Counted from the stretch's first letter, positions 1-12,037 are shown. The stretch: 64,000 bases of DNA from Chitinophaga pinensis (GCA_945883545.1 CAMCXT010000011.1:2652-66651), one strand, 5' to 3'. Numbers and translations: made by a program. The notes: a model not told the origin generated them from the letters alone.

Positions 1-196
<196 letters not shown>

Positions 197-215
197 TTAG
201 GGTTAAGTTGAGTGA

Positions 216-1334
216 TTATATTTTTACTGAATGATGGTCAGTCATGAGTTTCACAAAATCGTCGAATAGATAGCGGGAATCATGAGGTCCAGGTGCTGCT
301 TCTGGATGGTATTGAACAGAAAAGGCAGGCTTGTTTTTCAACTTAATGCCTGCGATTGTTTGATCGTTCAAGTGAATATGGGTGATCTCAACATTTGAAT
401 TTTTCTCGACATCTTCCGATTTAACTGCGAATCCATGGTTTTGAGAGGTGATTTCGCCTTTCCCAGTTTGAAGATTTTTGATCGGATGGTTAATTCCGCG
501 ATGCCCATTGAACATTTTGTAAGTCCCAATTCCTGATGCCTCGGCAAGTATTTGATGACCTAGACAAATTCCAAAAAGAGGTGTTTCTGACTCAAGAATT
601 TCTTTAACCGTTTCAATAGCATATCCAACAACTGCTGGATCACCTGGGCCATTTGAAATCATGTAACCATGAGGTTCGAATTGAGCCATTTCAGAGAATG
701 TTGTTTTTGCAGGGAAGACCTTTACTTTACAACCACGCTCTACCAAGCATTCTATAATGTTTTCCTTCACTCCAAGATCCAATAGAGCAACCCGAAACTC
801 AGCATCATCTGAACCCTTAACGTATGGTATTTGAGTGGATACAGTAGAAGATAATTCGAGACCTTCCATAGAAGGTACCTTGCTTAATTTTTCTCGAAGT
901 TCTTCAATATTCGTTGTCTCGGTCGATATGATTGCATTCATTGCACCTTTATCCCGGATGTGGCGAACAAGTTTCCTAGTATCAATATCAGAAACTGCTG
1001 GGATGTTTTGTTCTCTAAAGTAGTTGTACAAAGAACCATCAGCCAAGGTTCTTGAAAATATTTGTGAGAAGTCTCTGCAAACGAGACCTGAAATTTTGAT
1101 CGCTGAGGATTCAGTATCTTCCTGCTTTACTCCATAATTACCAATGTGCACATGGGTAGCAATTACAATTTGACCGAGATAAGAAGGGTCTGTAAATATT
1201 TCTTGATAGCCGGTCATACCAGTGTTAAAACAGATTTCCCCTGTGGCAGTGGCTGGAATTCCGCATGAGCGGCCGTGAAATACAGTGCCATCTTCGAGCA
1301 GAAGTATAGCAGGTTTTGATTCGGAGTAACGCAT
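216..1334 (-). CDS. carA: Carbamoyl-phosphate synthase small subunit
   Basis: GEICFNTGMTGYQE, SNGPGDP, GICLGHQ, QYHPEA motifs; ATG at 1334 preferred over upstream TTG. Confidence 0.96.
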   Translation of the reverse strand: MRYSESKPAILLLEDGTVFHGRSCGIPATATGEICFNTGMTGYQEIFTDPSYLGQIVIATHVHIGNYGVKQEDTESSAIKISGLVCRDFSQIFSRTLADGSLYNYFREQNIPAVSDIDTRKLVRHIRDKGAMNAIISTETTNIEELREKLSKVPSMEGLELSSTVSTQIPYVKGSDDAEFRVALLDLGVKENIIECLVERGCKVKVFPAKTTFSEMAQFEPHGYMISNGPGDPAVVGYAIETVKEILESETPLFGICLGHQILAEASGIGTYKMFNGHRGINHPIKNLQTGKGEITSQNHGFAVKSEDVEKNSNVEITHIHLNDQTIAGIKLKNKPAFSVQYHPEAAPGPHDSRYLFDDFVKLMTDHHSVKI

Positions 1335-1356
1335 ATTAAGATGTTGTGCGAAGATC

Positions 1357-1391
1357 AAAAAAAAAGGATAAAACGAATCGTTTTATCCTTT
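1357..1391 (-). terminator. Intrinsic terminator ending the alpha operon after rplQ
   Basis: Perfect 13-bp stem AAAGGATAAAACG-AAT-CGTTTTATCCTTT followed by a U-run on the minus strand. Confidence 0.85.
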
Positions 1392-1414
1392 CAAATTTTA
1401 TATCAATTAAAAAA

Positions 1415-1921
1415 TCATTCTGCTGCTTGTTCTTCAGAAGTTTCTGTTGCTTCAGTTGCAGATGATTCGGCAGCTGTAGTTGCTTTTTTAGAACCACCTC
1501 GACTACGGCGTGTAGTTTTCTTTTCAGCCCCTTTAGAAGCATTAGAATCAGCAAGTAATGTTTCATTGAAGTCAACAAGCTCGATCAAAGCCATTGCGGA
1601 GTTATCTCCCAAACGATTTGGTAACTTGATGATTCTGCAATATCCCCCTGGACGGTCTGATATTTTCACAGAAACCTCACGGAACAATTCAGAAACAGCG
1701 TTCTTATCTTTCAAGTAAGCGAATACTGTACGACGACTGTGAGTTGTATCTTCTTTTGATTTGGTAATCAAAGGCTCGACATAAGTGCGAAGTGCTTTTG
1801 CTTTCGCGAGGGTGGTATTGATTCGCTTGTGCAGAATAAGCGAGCTCGCCATATTTGCCATAAGGGCTTTACGGTGCGGAGCGGTTCTGCTCAGGTGATT
1901 TAATTTCTTTCCGTGTCTCAT
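1415..1921 (-). CDS. rplQ: 50S ribosomal protein L17 with low-complexity C-terminal tail
   Basis: [23 protein letters not shown]; position after rpoA. Confidence 0.97.
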   Translation of the reverse strand: MRHGKKLNHLSRTAPHRKALMANMASSLILHKRINTTLAKAKALRTYVEPLITKSKEDTTHSRRTVFAYLKDKNAVSELFREVSVKISDRPGGYCRIIKLPNRLGDNSAMALIELVDFNETLLADSNASKGAEKKTTRRSRGGSKKATTAAESSATEATETSEEQAAE

Positions 1922-1958
1922 GATCGGGTATTATTTTATTCTAGCCTCCCGGCTATAA

Positions 1959-2951
1959 TTAGTCTTTATCCAGTTTGTATTTAGCGAGATTCATCCCAAA
2001 AGTAAGCTGCTTGGTTTGAACCAACTCTTCGAGTTCAGTAAGTGATTTCTTACCGAAGTTTCTGAATTTCAACAGATCATTTTTGTTGTAAGAAACAAGA
2101 TCTGCGATGGTATCAACATCTGCTGCTTTGAGGCAGTTCAATGCACGAACTGAAAGATCCATATCAACAAGACGTGTTTTCAGTAACTGACGCATGTGAA
2201 GGATATCTTCATCAAATTCTTCAGTAGTTACTTTTTCTTCAACATCTTCAGTAATCTTTTCATCAGAGAACAACATGAAATGCTGGATCAAAATTTTAGC
2301 AGCCTCTTTCAAAGCATCCTTAGGATGAATTGAACCGTCGCTTGTGATTTCGATGATTAGTTTTTCATAGTCGGTCTTCTGCTCAACACGGTAATTCTCA
2401 ACGGAATATTTTACGTTACGAATAGGAGTGTGAATAGAATCGATTGCGATAAGACCCATCTGTGGGTTAGAAGATTTATTCTCCTCTGCAGGAACATAAC
2501 CTCTTCCTTTATCGATGGTAATCTCCAATTTCAGGGTTACTGAAGGATCCATGTTACAAATCACGAAATCGTGGTTTAGCACTTGGAAACCAGAAGTGAA
2601 TTTACCGATATCACCAGCAGAGAACTGATTTTGTCCGCTAACAGTGATTAACACTTTTTCGTGTTCGGTAGAATCAATCTGACGCTTGAAACGAACTTGT
2701 TTCAAATTGAGGATGATCTCAGTTACGTCTTCAACAACTCCTTTAATAGTAGAGAATTCGTGCTCTACACTTTCGAATTTAACGGAAGTGATAGCAAAGC
2801 CTTCAAGAGATGAAAGCAGAATTCTGCGGAGTGCATTACCAACAGTAATTCCATACCCTGGTTCCAAAGGTCTGAACTCGAACTGACCATGTTGATCAGT
2901 AGAAGAGATCATTACTACTTTGTCGGGTTTTTGAAACGCCAGTATTGCCAT
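1959..2951 (-). CDS. rpoA: RNA polymerase alpha subunit
   Basis: [38 protein letters not shown]. Confidence 0.98.
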   Translation of the reverse strand: MAILAFQKPDKVVMISSTDQHGQFEFRPLEPGYGITVGNALRRILLSSLEGFAITSVKFESVEHEFSTIKGVVEDVTEIILNLKQVRFKRQIDSTEHEKVLITVSGQNQFSAGDIGKFTSGFQVLNHDFVICNMDPSVTLKLEITIDKGRGYVPAEENKSSNPQMGLIAIDSIHTPIRNVKYSVENYRVEQKTDYEKLIIEITSDGSIHPKDALKEAAKILIQHFMLFSDEKITEDVEEKVTTEEFDEDILHMRQLLKTRLVDMDLSVRALNCLKAADVDTIADLVSYNKNDLLKFRNFGKKSLTELEELVQTKQLTFGMNLAKYKLDKD

Positions 2952-2989
2952 AGTTGTAGTTTTATTGTTTGTGGGTTGGAAAACCCGAA

Positions 2990-3595
2990 TTATTTAGAGT
3001 ACAATTCGACGATGAGCTGTTCGCGGATATTTTCCGGAATCTGCTCTCTTTCTGGCATATTAAGGAATGTACCAGATAGAGTACCATTGTTGAATTCCAA
3101 CCAAGAATATTTGTTGGTGTGGCCTGCAACCGATGTTGAAATTACTTCAAGTGATTTTGACTTTTCACGAACTGCAACAACATCGCCTGGTTTCAATGTG
3201 TATGAAGGTATATTTACAACACTTCCATTCACAGTAATGTGACAATGTGAAACAAGTTGGCGAGCGCCATCGCGGCTTGGAGAAATCCCCATGCGGTAAA
3301 CCACATTGTCTAAACGAGCTTCAATGAATTTCAAAAGGTTTTCACCAGTGATTCCTTTAGCACGTAAAGCACGATCGAAAATCCTAGCAAATTGTTTTTC
3401 TAGAATTCCGTATGTGTATTTTGCTTTTTGTTTCTCGAGAAGCTGAACTGCATATTCTGAAGTTTTAGCTCTCTTTTTTGATTGACCGTGCTGACCTGGA
3501 GGATAATTCTTCTTGATCAGAACTTTATCTGGACCGTAGATTGCCTCACGGAATTTACGGGCGATTTTAGACTTGGGGCCGGTATATCTAGCCAT
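2990..3595 (-). CDS. rpsD: 30S ribosomal protein S4
   Basis: [21 protein letters not shown]. Confidence 0.98.
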   Translation of the reverse strand: MARYTGPKSKIARKFREAIYGPDKVLIKKNYPPGQHGQSKKRAKTSEYAVQLLEKQKAKYTYGILEKQFARIFDRALRAKGITGENLLKFIEARLDNVVYRMGISPSRDGARQLVSHCHITVNGSVVNIPSYTLKPGDVVAVREKSKSLEVISTSVAGHTNKYSWLEFNNGTLSGTFLNMPEREQIPENIREQLIVELYSK

Positions 3596-3621
3596 TGCTC
3601 TTCTTGATTTAAATTGATTGA

Positions 3622-4011
3622 TTAAACACGGCGACGTTTAGGAGGACGGCAACCATTGTGTGGAACTGGAGTAACGTCTACAATTTCAGAAACTTCAATT
3701 CCTGAGTTGTGGATAGTACGGATCGCAGATTCACGTCCGCCCCCTGGTCCTTTAACAAACACTTTTACCTTACGAAGACCAAGATCATATGCTACTTTAG
3801 AGCAATCTGTCGCTGCCATTTGAGCAGCATAAGGTGTATTTTTCTTTGAGCCGCGGAATCCCATTTTACCCGCAGATGACCAACTGATCACCTGACCGGT
3901 AATATTGGTCAGAGACACAATGATGTTGTTGAATGTGGCGTTGATGTGGGCATGACCAACGGATTCCACCTTTACAACACGCTTTTTGGTTGTTTTGGTT
4001 GTTTTCGCCAT
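3622..4011 (-). CDS. rpsK: 30S ribosomal protein S11
   Basis: [28 protein letters not shown]. Confidence 0.98.
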   Translation of the reverse strand: MAKTTKTTKKRVVKVESVGHAHINATFNNIIVSLTNITGQVISWSSAGKMGFRGSKKNTPYAAQMAATDCSKVAYDLGLRKVKVFVKGPGGGRESAIRTIHNSGIEVSEIVDVTPVPHNGCRPPKRRRV

Positions 4012-4048
4012 TTCTGTTTAAATCAGATCGTTTTGTATCAGGTGAAGA

Positions 4049-4426
4049 TTACTTAGTTACCTTTTTCTTGTTGGCAACAGTTTTCTTCTTACCCTTTCTG
4101 GTCCGGGCATTGTTCTTCGTAGTTTGTCCACGCACCGGAAGACCTACCCGGTGACGGATTCCACGATATGAACCAATGTCCATCAGTCGTTTAATGTTGA
4201 GTTGAACCTCAGAACGAAGTGCACCTTCAACCTTAATTTTTTCGTTAATGATTTCGCGGATCTTTCCAAGATCGCTGTCATCCCATTGTGAAACCTTCTT
4301 GTTAAAGTCGATTCCAGCTTCTGTTAGAATGCTTTGTGCAGTTGCGCGACCAATACCATAAATGTAGGTAAGACCGATTTCTCCGCGCTTATTTTTTGGA
4401 AGATCAATTCCTGATATACGAGCCAT
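4049..4426 (-). CDS. rpsM: 30S ribosomal protein S13
   Basis: [26 protein letters not shown]. Confidence 0.98.
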   Translation of the reverse strand: MARISGIDLPKNKRGEIGLTYIYGIGRATAQSILTEAGIDFNKKVSQWDDSDLGKIREIINEKIKVEGALRSEVQLNIKRLMDIGSYRGIRHRVGLPVRGQTTKNNARTRKGKKKTVANKKKVTK

Positions 4427-4446
4427 TTGCTTCTTTTATTTGAGGC

Positions 4447-4563
4447 TTAACCTTGACGTTGTTTGAATTTTGGGTTCTTCTTGTTGATAACATAGAGTCT
4501 CCCTTTGCGGCGTACAATCTTGCACTCCGCACTCCTTTTTTTGATGGAGGCTTTTACTTTCAT
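4447..4563 (-). CDS. rpmJ: 50S ribosomal protein L36 (zinc-free type), not in ORF track
   Basis: Manual translation [38 protein letters not shown]. Confidence 0.96.
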   Translation of the reverse strand: MKVKASIKKRSAECKIVRRKGRLYVINKKNPKFKQRQG

Positions 4564-4572
4564 TGTTCCGGT

Positions 4573-4791
4573 TTATTTATAGCGGTAAGTGATTCGCCCT
4601 TTTGATAGGTCGTATGGAGACATCTCCACTTTCACCCGGTCGCCTGGTAAGATCTTTATATAATTCATTCTCATCTTACCCGAAATGTGAGCAATGATGA
4701 TGTGCTCGTTCTCAAGCTCAACACGAAACATTGCGTTCGACAATGCTTCGATAATTGTTCCGTCTTGTTCTATGGACGATTGCTTGGACAC
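4573..4791 (-). CDS. infA: Translation initiation factor IF-1 (GTG start)
   Basis: [25 protein letters not shown]. Confidence 0.97.
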   Translation of the reverse strand: MSKQSSIEQDGTIIEALSNAMFRVELENEHIIIAHISGKMRMNYIKILPGDRVKVEMSPYDLSKGRITYRYK

Positions 4792-4813
4792 GTAGTTGAA
4801 TTATTTTTAGTGA

Positions 4814-5605
4814 TTAAACAAATTTTAGTTTCTGTTCTTCCAATGCCTTTTCGATAAACTCAAAGGAGGAAAGAATGTCAGCTTTTCCTTTACCTATCGC
4901 AATTGTATGCTCAAAATGTGCAGAAGGCATACCATCAGAAGTTTTGATGGTCCAACCATCTTTACCATGAATGATATTTTTTCTACCCATATTAATCATG
5001 GGTTCAATCGCGATAACCAGTCCTTCTTTCAACTTTGGTCCTGATCCTCTTTTCCCAAAATTGGGAACTTCAGGTGCTTCGTGAAGATTTTTTCCAATCC
5101 CATGACCAACCAATTCTCTAACTACAGAGTATCCATTGAGTTCACAGTATGATTGAATTTCGTAGCTGATATCTTGTAATCTTTTTCCTTCAACAGCAAC
5201 TGAAATACCTCGATAGAGACTTTCTTTAGTTGTTTCAAGAAGCTTTTTTACAGCATCACTTACTTCTCCGATTGCAAAGGTATAAGCTGAATCACCATAG
5301 TAACCATCTTTCAACACTCCACAATCCACTGAAATAATATCACCGTTTTCGTAAGGACGATTGTTCGGAATTCCATGCACAACCTGTTCATTTGGTGAAA
5401 TGCACAGAGAGTTTGGAAAACCATTGTATCCTTTGAAAGCTGGAACTCCTCCGTTATCACGGATAAATTCCTCAGCAATCTTATCCAGTTCAAGACTGGT
5501 AACACCCGGACGAATCGTTTTTGCAACTTCCGCCAGGGCGCGGGCAACAAGTAAAGAACTAACTCTTATCTTTTCAATTTCTTCGGATGTCTTGTAATAG
5601 ATCAT
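4814..5605 (-). CDS. map: Methionine aminopeptidase type I
   Basis: VVHGIP, GDIISVDCG, GHGIG..LHE, IEPMI, SAHFEHT. Confidence 0.96.
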   Translation of the reverse strand: MIYYKTSEEIEKIRVSSLLVARALAEVAKTIRPGVTSLELDKIAEEFIRDNGGVPAFKGYNGFPNSLCISPNEQVVHGIPNNRPYENGDIISVDCGVLKDGYYGDSAYTFAIGEVSDAVKKLLETTKESLYRGISVAVEGKRLQDISYEIQSYCELNGYSVVRELVGHGIGKNLHEAPEVPNFGKRGSGPKLKEGLVIAIEPMINMGRKNIIHGKDGWTIKTSDGMPSAHFEHTIAIGKGKADILSSFEFIEKALEEQKLKFV

Positions 5606-5617
5606 CAAAAAAACAGA

Positions 5618-6970
5618 TTAACTAGGCATTGTAACTGCAGCAGCCGTAACACGACCTTTGATTTTGCCACTTTTCATTAATCCATCATACTGACGCATCA
5701 ATAAGTGACTTTCAATTTGCTGCAGGGTGTCAAGAACTACTCCCACCAAAATTAGTAGAGACGTTCCACCATAGAACTGAGCGAATTTGTTTGTAACACC
5801 AAACATCATCGCAAGTGATGGCATTATCGCAACGAAAGCAAGGAAAAATGCTCCCGGAAGCGTTATTTTCGACATGATAGAATCGATGAATTCAGCAGTT
5901 GCTTCACCTGGCTTAACACCTGGTACAAAACCGCCGCTGCGCTTCATTTCCTCTGCCATATTCTTTGGATTTACAGCAATTGCAGTGTAGAAGTAAGTGA
6001 ATACTATGATCAATACTGCAAAAGTGAAATTGTACCAAAAACTGGTTGGGTTACTGAAAGTTGCCATAAAACCTTGGAGACTATCAAGGTTAGCAAAACC
6101 AGCAATTGTAATAGGAATAAACATGATTGCCTGAGCAAAGATGATCGGCATTACACCAGCAGTATTAACACGCAATGGAATGTATTGACGAACACCTCCA
6201 ACAGGGGTGTTGTTACCTTGAATTCGTTTAGCAACTTGAACAGGAATTCTTCTCACACCTTGAACAAGCATGATAGAAAGAATAACGACCAGTAACAAAC
6301 CAATAAGCTCGATAAGGAACATTACAGTTCCACCACCTGCTTGAGCGATACGAGAACCAAATTCACCGAGGAGAGCACCTGGCAATTCAGCAATAATACC
6401 CACCATAATGATCAACGAAATACCATTACCGATACCACGATCCGTAATTCTTTCGCCCAACCACATGATAAACATTGTACCAGCTACAAGAATAATTGTA
6501 GAAGAAATCCAGAAGAATGAACTTGAATCAGTAATGGCTTGAGTTCCAATTTGATTATTTAGATTAGCTAAGTAACTAGGAGCTTGAAGCGCACAAATTG
6601 CTACTGTTAAGTAACGGGTAATTTGATTCATTTTCTTCCGTCCGCTTTCTCCTTCTTTTTGCATTTTTTGGAAGTAAGGAACGGCAATAGTTAAAAGTTG
6701 CACAACGATAGATGCCGAAATGTAAGGCATGATACCAAGTGCAAAAATGGAGGCATTAGAGAATGCTCCACCAGAAAACATATTCAATAGACCCAGAATA
6801 CCATCTGAAGTTTGCTGCTTGAGCGCATCCAAAGATTCTGGATTTACGCCTGGTAGAACCACGAATGAACCAAGTCGGTATACAAGTAAGAAGAGTAGAG
6901 TGTTCCCTAATTTAGAACGCAGTTCTTCAATCTTGTAAATATTCTTGATGGTATTTATAAGTCTTTTCAT
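5618..6970 (-). CDS. secY: Preprotein translocase SecY
   Basis: SIFALGIMPYISASI, GIGNGISLII, AGVMPIIFA, GGTSLLI. Confidence 0.98.
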   Translation of the reverse strand: MKRLINTIKNIYKIEELRSKLGNTLLFLLVYRLGSFVVLPGVNPESLDALKQQTSDGILGLLNMFSGGAFSNASIFALGIMPYISASIVVQLLTIAVPYFQKMQKEGESGRKKMNQITRYLTVAICALQAPSYLANLNNQIGTQAITDSSSFFWISSTIILVAGTMFIMWLGERITDRGIGNGISLIIMVGIIAELPGALLGEFGSRIAQAGGGTVMFLIELIGLLLVVILSIMLVQGVRRIPVQVAKRIQGNNTPVGGVRQYIPLRVNTAGVMPIIFAQAIMFIPITIAGFANLDSLQGFMATFSNPTSFWYNFTFAVLIIVFTYFYTAIAVNPKNMAEEMKRSGGFVPGVKPGEATAEFIDSIMSKITLPGAFFLAFVAIMPSLAMMFGVTNKFAQFYGGTSLLILVGVVLDTLQQIESHLLMRQYDGLMKSGKIKGRVTAAAVTMPS

Positions 6971-7419
6971 TAGGCAAGAGTTGTAGCTGTTCCTCCTTTT
7001 GATTCAATGGCTGCCTTAGCGGTAGCTGTGAATGCATGAGCTGTTACATCAAGTTTAGCGGATACTTCTCCACGACCAAGGATTTTGATCAAATCATTCT
7101 TACCGGCCAAACCATTTTCCTTCAAAGTATCGAAGGTGATTGTTCCACCATTGATTTTTTCAGAAAGTGATTGAAGCGTATCTAAGTTAATACCTCTGTA
7201 CTCAACACGGTTGATATTTTTAAAACCGAATTTAGGTAGACGGCGCTGAAGTGGCATTTGCCCACCTTCAAAACCAGCTTTGGATGAATAACCAGAGCGT
7301 GATTTAGCACCTTTGTGTCCACGTGTGGAAGTACCACCACGACCTGAACCTTGGCCACGACCAATTCTCTTCGAAGATTTCGTGGAGCCTGCTGCTGGTT
7401 TAAGATTACTAAGATTCAT
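6970..7419 (-). CDS. rplO: 50S ribosomal protein L15
   Basis: RIGRGQGSG, GFEGGQMPLQRRLPKFGF. Confidence 0.98.
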   Translation of the reverse strand: MNLSNLKPAAGSTKSSKRIGRGQGSGRGGTSTRGHKGAKSRSGYSSKAGFEGGQMPLQRRLPKFGFKNINRVEYRGINLDTLQSLSEKINGGTITFDTLKENGLAGKNDLIKILGRGEVSAKLDVTAHAFTATAKAAIESKGGTATTLA

Positions 7420-7438
7420 GATATTTTGTCTGTTAAGA

Positions 7439-7618
7439 TCAGAGTTCTGTTACTATTACTAGGTGTTTCACCTTATCTACCATTCCAAGAATTTGAGCGG
7501 TAGCTTCATGTTCAACTGGAACATTCATTTTGGTGATACCAAGTGCACGGAGTGTGCGTTTTTGATTTTCAGGACGGTCAATGCCGCTTTTAATCTGTTG
7601 GATGCGAATCTTTGCCAT
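7439..7618 (-). CDS. rpmD: 50S ribosomal protein L30, not in ORF track
   Basis: Manual translation MAKIRIQQIKSGIDRPENQKRTLRALGITKMN...GMVDKVKHLV; lies between rpsE and rplO. Confidence 0.95.
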   Translation of the reverse strand: MAKIRIQQIKSGIDRPENQKRTLRALGITKMNVPVEHEATAQILGMVDKVKHLVIVTEL

Positions 7619-7629
7619 GGTTACCTGAA

Positions 7630-8148
7630 TTAGCCGTTGAAAACTTTTTCCATTGAAATGCCGCGTTGTTGCGCAACAGTTGCTGGATCACGCATTTGGC
7701 TTAAAGCGTCGATAGTTGCTTTCACCACGTTGTGTGGATTAGAAGATCCTTTTGACTTAGCAAGTACATCGGTAATACCAACACTTTCTAATACAGAACG
7801 CATCGCACCACCTGCAATTACACCTGTACCGTGTGCTGCTGGTTTCAAGAACACAAGTGCTCCACCAAATTTACCAAGTTGTTCGTGCGGCACAGTACCG
7901 TTGATTACAGGAACTTTGATTAGTGTTTTTTTAGCATCATCGACACCTTTGCTGATTGCATCGGTAACTTCTTTTGCTTTTCCAAGACCATGTCCTACGA
8001 TCCCTTTTTCATTACCTACAACAACAATAGCAGAGAATGAAAAGGTACGACCACCTTTTGTTACTTTGGTAACACGGTTAACGGCTACCAGTTTGTCTTT
8101 TAGTTCAATATCGCTTGAACGTACTCTTTTGATATTTGCGTTCGCCAT
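7630..8148 (-). CDS. rpsE: 30S ribosomal protein S5
   Basis: [25 protein letters not shown]. Confidence 0.98.
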   Translation of the reverse strand: MANANIKRVRSSDIELKDKLVAVNRVTKVTKGGRTFSFSAIVVVGNEKGIVGHGLGKAKEVTDAISKGVDDAKKTLIKVPVINGTVPHEQLGKFGGALVFLKPAAHGTGVIAGGAMRSVLESVGITDVLAKSKGSSNPHNVVKATIDALSQMRDPATVAQQRGISMEKVFNG

Positions 8149-8155
8149 GATCTAT

Positions 8156-8512
8156 TTAGAATTTTAATCCACCTTCACGAGCACCTTCGGCAAGTGATTT
8201 AACGCGGCCATGATATAGGTAACCTCCACGATCGAAACGAACAGCTTCAATTCCAGCTTCTTTTGCTTTCGCAGCGATAGACTTACCTACCAATGAAGCT
8301 TTTTCAATTTTGGTTACTTTTTGTTTTGCGATGTCAGCTTCTGCAGATGATGCAGCAGCAAGTGTGTGCCCATTAAGATCGTCGATCAATTGAACGTAGA
8401 TCTCGCTGTTGCTACGGAAAACACTCATGCGCGGGGCACTTGCATTTCCTGATACCACTTTGCGGATTCTTTTTTTAATCCGACTTCTTCTGTATTCTTT
8501 GGTGATAGCCAT
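8156..8512 (-). CDS. rplR: 50S ribosomal protein L18
   Basis: [22 protein letters not shown]. Confidence 0.98.
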   Translation of the reverse strand: MAITKEYRRSRIKKRIRKVVSGNASAPRMSVFRSNSEIYVQLIDDLNGHTLAAASSAEADIAKQKVTKIEKASLVGKSIAAKAKEAGIEAVRFDRGGYLYHGRVKSLAEGAREGGLKF

Positions 8513-8527
8513 GATCCTGATATCAGA

Positions 8528-9085
8528 TTATTTCTTACCTGCAGACTTACCAGCTTTGCGGCGAAGTACTTCGTTAACAAACTTGATACCTTTTCCTTTG
8601 TAAGGTTCAGGCTTGCGGAGTGAACGAATTTTCGCTGCAACCATTCCTAGTAGTTGCTTGTCGATAGATTTCATGATGATGATTGGGTTTTTACCCCTCT
8701 CAGTTTTTGTTTCTACTTTAATCTCTGAAGGGATGTCAAACATAATATTGTGAGAATATCCTAGAGAAAGTTCAAGCATTTGCCCGGTGTTGGAAGCACG
8801 GTAACCTACACCTACTAATTCTTGTTCAGTAGTGAAGCCTACAGAAACACCGTTCACCATGTTATTGATGAGTGCACGGTATAACCCATGCTTAGCACGG
8901 TGATCCTTCGCATCACTACTTCTAGATACGCTTAGAATTCCTTCTTCAATTTTAACTTCGATCGCCGGGTCAACTGGCTGATGCAGTTCTCCGAGAGGGC
9001 CTTTTACCGTAACAATGTTTTCTGCGTTTACTGAAACGCTAACACCATTAGGCAGACTTACCGGCAGTTTTCCAATCCGTGACAT
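8528..9085 (-). CDS. rplF: 50S ribosomal protein L6
   Basis: MSRIGK, PEPYKGKGI. Confidence 0.98.
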   Translation of the reverse strand: MSRIGKLPVSLPNGVSVSVNAENIVTVKGPLGELHQPVDPAIEVKIEEGILSVSRSSDAKDHRAKHGLYRALINNMVNGVSVGFTTEQELVGVGYRASNTGQMLELSLGYSHNIMFDIPSEIKVETKTERGKNPIIIMKSIDKQLLGMVAAKIRSLRKPEPYKGKGIKFVNEVLRRKAGKSAGKK

Positions 9086-9109
9086 TTCTTTTCTTTGTGC
9101 TGATTGTGA

Positions 9110-9514
9110 TTAGTAGATGTAGCAGAGAACTTCTCCACCAACATTTTCATTTCTCGCCTCTTTGTCGGTCATCAAACCTTTAGAAGTAGAAATGATTGCA
9201 ATTCCGAGTCCGTTGATTACTCGTGGAAGTTTCTCAACATGAACATAACTTCGAAGACCTGGCTTAGAAACACGCGTTAACGTGCGAATCGCAGGAATTT
9301 TTGTTACTGGATGATACTTCAACGCGATTTTGATCGTACCCTGAGGATTTCCTTCAGATGGCTCTTCGAATTTGTAACTAAGAATATACCCTTTTTCGAA
9401 AAGAATTTTGGTCATATTCTGCTTCAATTTTGAAGAAGAAATTTCAACCACGCGGTGATTTGCGTGAATGGCGTTCCGGAGCCTGGTAAGGTAGTCTGCT
9501 ATCGGATCAGTCAT
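9110..9514 (-). CDS. rpsH: 30S ribosomal protein S8
   Basis: MTDPIADYLTRLRNA, SKPGLR, GGEVLCY. Confidence 0.98.
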   Translation of the reverse strand: MTDPIADYLTRLRNAIHANHRVVEISSSKLKQNMTKILFEKGYILSYKFEEPSEGNPQGTIKIALKYHPVTKIPAIRTLTRVSKPGLRSYVHVEKLPRVINGLGIAIISTSKGLMTDKEARNENVGGEVLCYIY

Positions 9515-9550
9515 TGTTTTATATTATTTCTTTGAGTTAATTGTTAAGGA

Positions 9551-9820
9551 TTACCAACTTGATTTGGTGATTCCTGGGATTTTACCATCAAGAGCCATTT
9601 CGCGGAATGTAATCCTTGAAAGTCCAAATTGACGGATGTAACCTCGTGGACGACCGGTGAGTTGACAACGGTTACGGAGGCGAATTTTACTCGAATTGCG
9701 AGGAAGTTTTTGAAGTCCTACAGAATCACCTGCAGCTTTCAAAGCCTCTCTTTTCGAAGCGTATCTGGCAACCAATTTAGCCCTCTTAACTTCTCGGGCC
9801 TTCATGCTTTCTTTAGCCAT
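9551..9820 (-). CDS. rpsN: 30S ribosomal protein S14 (89 aa, zinc-free type)
   Basis: [33 protein letters not shown]. Confidence 0.98.
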   Translation of the reverse strand: MAKESMKAREVKRAKLVARYASKREALKAAGDSVGLQKLPRNSSKIRLRNRCQLTGRPRGYIRQFGLSRITFREMALDGKIPGITKSSW

Positions 9821-9829
9821 CGGATCGTT

Positions 9830-10387
9830 TTACTTTTTTAAATTTTTAAATGGTAGACCGAATTCCTTCAGAAGAGCAAATGCTTCTTTGTCAGTTGGAG
9901 CGTTGGTCACAAAAGTGATATCCATACCCATGATTTTCGAAACTTTATCGATGTTAATCTCAGGGAAGATAATTTGTTCAGTAACACCAAGGGTGTAGTT
10001 TCCATAACCATCAAATCCTTTGTCGTTGATTCCACGGAAATCACGGATACGAGGAAGAGCAACTACGATAAGACGTTCTAAGAATTCGTACATTTTATCA
10101 CCACGAAGTGTTACACGAACTCCAATTGGAACGCCTTTACGGAGTTTGAAGTTGGAAATATCTTTCTTAGATTTAGTAGCAACCGCTTTTTGACCAGTAA
10201 TTGTAGTCATTTCCACAATAGCAGACTCAATCATTTTCTTATCAGATACTGCAGCACCAATTCCTTGGTTAATACAGATCTTTTTCAGTACCGGCACTTG
10301 CATTGGGCTCTTGTATTGGAACTCCTTTAGCAAGGCGCTTTTGATTTCGTTGCGGTACTTGTTTTTGAGGTTGGGTGTATAGCTCAT
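9830..10387 (-). CDS. rplE: 50S ribosomal protein L5
   Basis: [30 protein letters not shown]. Confidence 0.98.
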   Translation of the reverse strand: MSYTPNLKNKYRNEIKSALLKEFQYKSPMQVPVLKKICINQGIGAAVSDKKMIESAIVEMTTITGQKAVATKSKKDISNFKLRKGVPIGVRVTLRGDKMYEFLERLIVVALPRIRDFRGINDKGFDGYGNYTLGVTEQIIFPEINIDKVSKIMGMDITFVTNAPTDKEAFALLKEFGLPFKNLKK

Positions 10388-10707
10388 CACTTACTTGCCT
10401 CCGCTTTTTTGGTTTTGAAAAAACGAACCATTTTACCTGATCCGTCAGCTTTACGTCCTGTACGAGCCGCTTTACCGGTAGAAGGATCAATTACCATTAA
10501 GTTGGAAATATGAATAGATCCTTCTTTTTTAATGATACCACCTTGCGGATTTTCTGAAGTTGGCTTGTTGTGACGTGATGTAAGATTTACACCAGTAACT
10601 ATGGCACGTTGCTTTTGAACGTTTACTTCTTGTATTTCGCCCGACTCACCTTTGTGATTTCCAGCGATTACTAGGACTTTATCTCCTTTTTTGATATGCA
10701 GTTTCAT
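10387..10707 (-). CDS. rplX: 50S ribosomal protein L24
   Basis: [21 protein letters not shown]. Confidence 0.97.
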   Translation of the reverse strand: MKLHIKKGDKVLVIAGNHKGESGEIQEVNVQKQRAIVTGVNLTSRHNKPTSENPQGGIIKKEGSIHISNLMVIDPSTGKAARTGRKADGSGKMVRFFKTKKAEASK

Positions 10708-10721
10708 GATGGAAAGCTGAT

Positions 10722-11090
10722 TTAAAGCACCTCTGGAGCCAGTGAAACAATTTTCATATACTGCTTTTCACGCAGTTCACGAGCAACAGGTCCGAAAATA
10801 CGGGTGCCGCGTAATTCGTCGTTGTTGTTGAGCAATACAACGGCATTGTCATCAAAACGAATGTATGAACCATCCGGGCGACGAATTTCTTTTTTAGTGC
10901 GTACTACTACCGCTTTGGTAACAGAACCTTTTTTTGAGTTACCACTTGGCAATGCATGCTTAATTGTAACTACAATTTTATCACCGACAGATGCGTAACG
11001 CTTCTTGGTACCGCCTAATACGCGGATACAAAGAACTTCCTTTGCACCTGAATTATCTGCGACTGTCAGCCTGGATTCCTGCTGTATCAT
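10722..11090 (-). CDS. rplN: 50S ribosomal protein L14
   Basis: [20 protein letters not shown]. Confidence 0.98.
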   Translation of the reverse strand: MIQQESRLTVADNSGAKEVLCIRVLGGTKKRYASVGDKIVVTIKHALPSGNSKKGSVTKAVVVRTKKEIRRPDGSYIRFDDNAVVLLNNNDELRGTRIFGPVARELREKQYMKIVSLAPEVL

Positions 11091-11118
11091 GACTCAATTC
11101 TATTATTCGGGTAGTGAA

Positions 11119-11388
11119 TTACTTGGCTTTTTCAATGATTTCAACTAGTCTCCAGCGCTTATTCTTGCTCATTGGACGAGTCTCCATGATTTTCACGGTA
11201 TCACCAGCTCCACACTCATTTTTATCATCATGAGCCATAAAAGTGGTGGTCTTTTTTACGAATTTACCGTATTTAGGGTGCTTTACTTTACGTTCAACAG
11301 CTACTACAATGGTTTTATCCATTTTAGTGCTTCGAACAAGACCCACACGCTCTTTGCGTAAATTTCTATCAATTGCTTCTGCTTCCAT
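11119..11388 (-). CDS. rpsQ: 30S ribosomal protein S17
   Basis: [21 protein letters not shown]. Confidence 0.98.
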   Translation of the reverse strand: MEAEAIDRNLRKERVGLVRSTKMDKTIVVAVERKVKHPKYGKFVKKTTTFMAHDDKNECGAGDTVKIMETRPMSKNKRWRLVEIIEKAK

Positions 11389-11396
11389 CGTGAAGT

Positions 11397-11600
11397 TTAT
11401 TGTGCTGTTTCCTGAATTTCACGCATACGAATTTCCGTATTGATACGGGCAATCGCACGCCTGTTATGACGGATACCGATCGGACTTTCTGATGCAGACA
11501 CGCCATGGTTAAATACCAATCGTGATTGCAACTGTGTCATTTCTTTTACTTTGTCTTTCAACTCGGCGAGAGAAAGATCTTTGATCTCTTCCTGTTTCAT
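11397..11600 (-). CDS. rpmC: 50S ribosomal protein L29
   Basis: Size, position and RRAIARINT motif. Confidence 0.93.
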   Translation of the reverse strand: MKQEEIKDLSLAELKDKVKEMTQLQSRLVFNHGVSASESPIGIRHNRRAIARINTEIRMREIQETAQ

Positions 11601-11608
11601 AGCTTCAA

Positions 11609-12037
11609 TCAGGCTGTAGCTTCTTGGTAATCGCGACGAACTATGAATTTAGTTGTCACTGGTAATTTTTGAGATGCCAAACGGAGTGCTTCTTTAGCAA
11701 TATCCATTGGAACACCTTCAGCTTCAAAAATGATGGTTCCTGGTTTAACAACAGCTACCCAATACTCTGGGGAACCTTTACCTTTACCCATACGAACCTC
11801 TGCAGGTTTTTTGGTAATTGGCTTGTCAGGGAAAACCCGGATCCAGATCTGGCCTTCACGTTTCATGTAACGTGTTACCGCAATACGGGCAGCTTCGATC
11901 TGACGTGCAGTCATCCATACACCCTCCATTGCTTTTATACCAAAAGAGCCAAATGCCAACTCGTGTCCACGTGTTGCATTGCCCTTCATTTTCATTTTAT
12001 GCTGCTTCCTGTACTTGGTACGCTTCGGCTGTAACAT
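11609..12037 (-). CDS. rplP: 50S ribosomal protein L16
   Basis: [18 protein letters not shown]. Confidence 0.98.
   Translation of the reverse strand: MLQPKRTKYRKQHKMKMKGNATRGHELAFGSFGIKAMEGVWMTARQIEAARIAVTRYMKREGQIWIRVFPDKPITKKPAEVRMGKGKGSPEYWVAVVKPGTIIFEAEGVPMDIAKEALRLASQKLPVTTKFIVRRDYQEATA

Noticed and set aside
7637..8167. 176-aa plus-strand ORF, and similar antisense ORFs over fusA, rplQ, rplP and the TSP3 region
   Set aside because: Shadow ORFs antisense to conserved genes; no recognisable motifs or initiation context.
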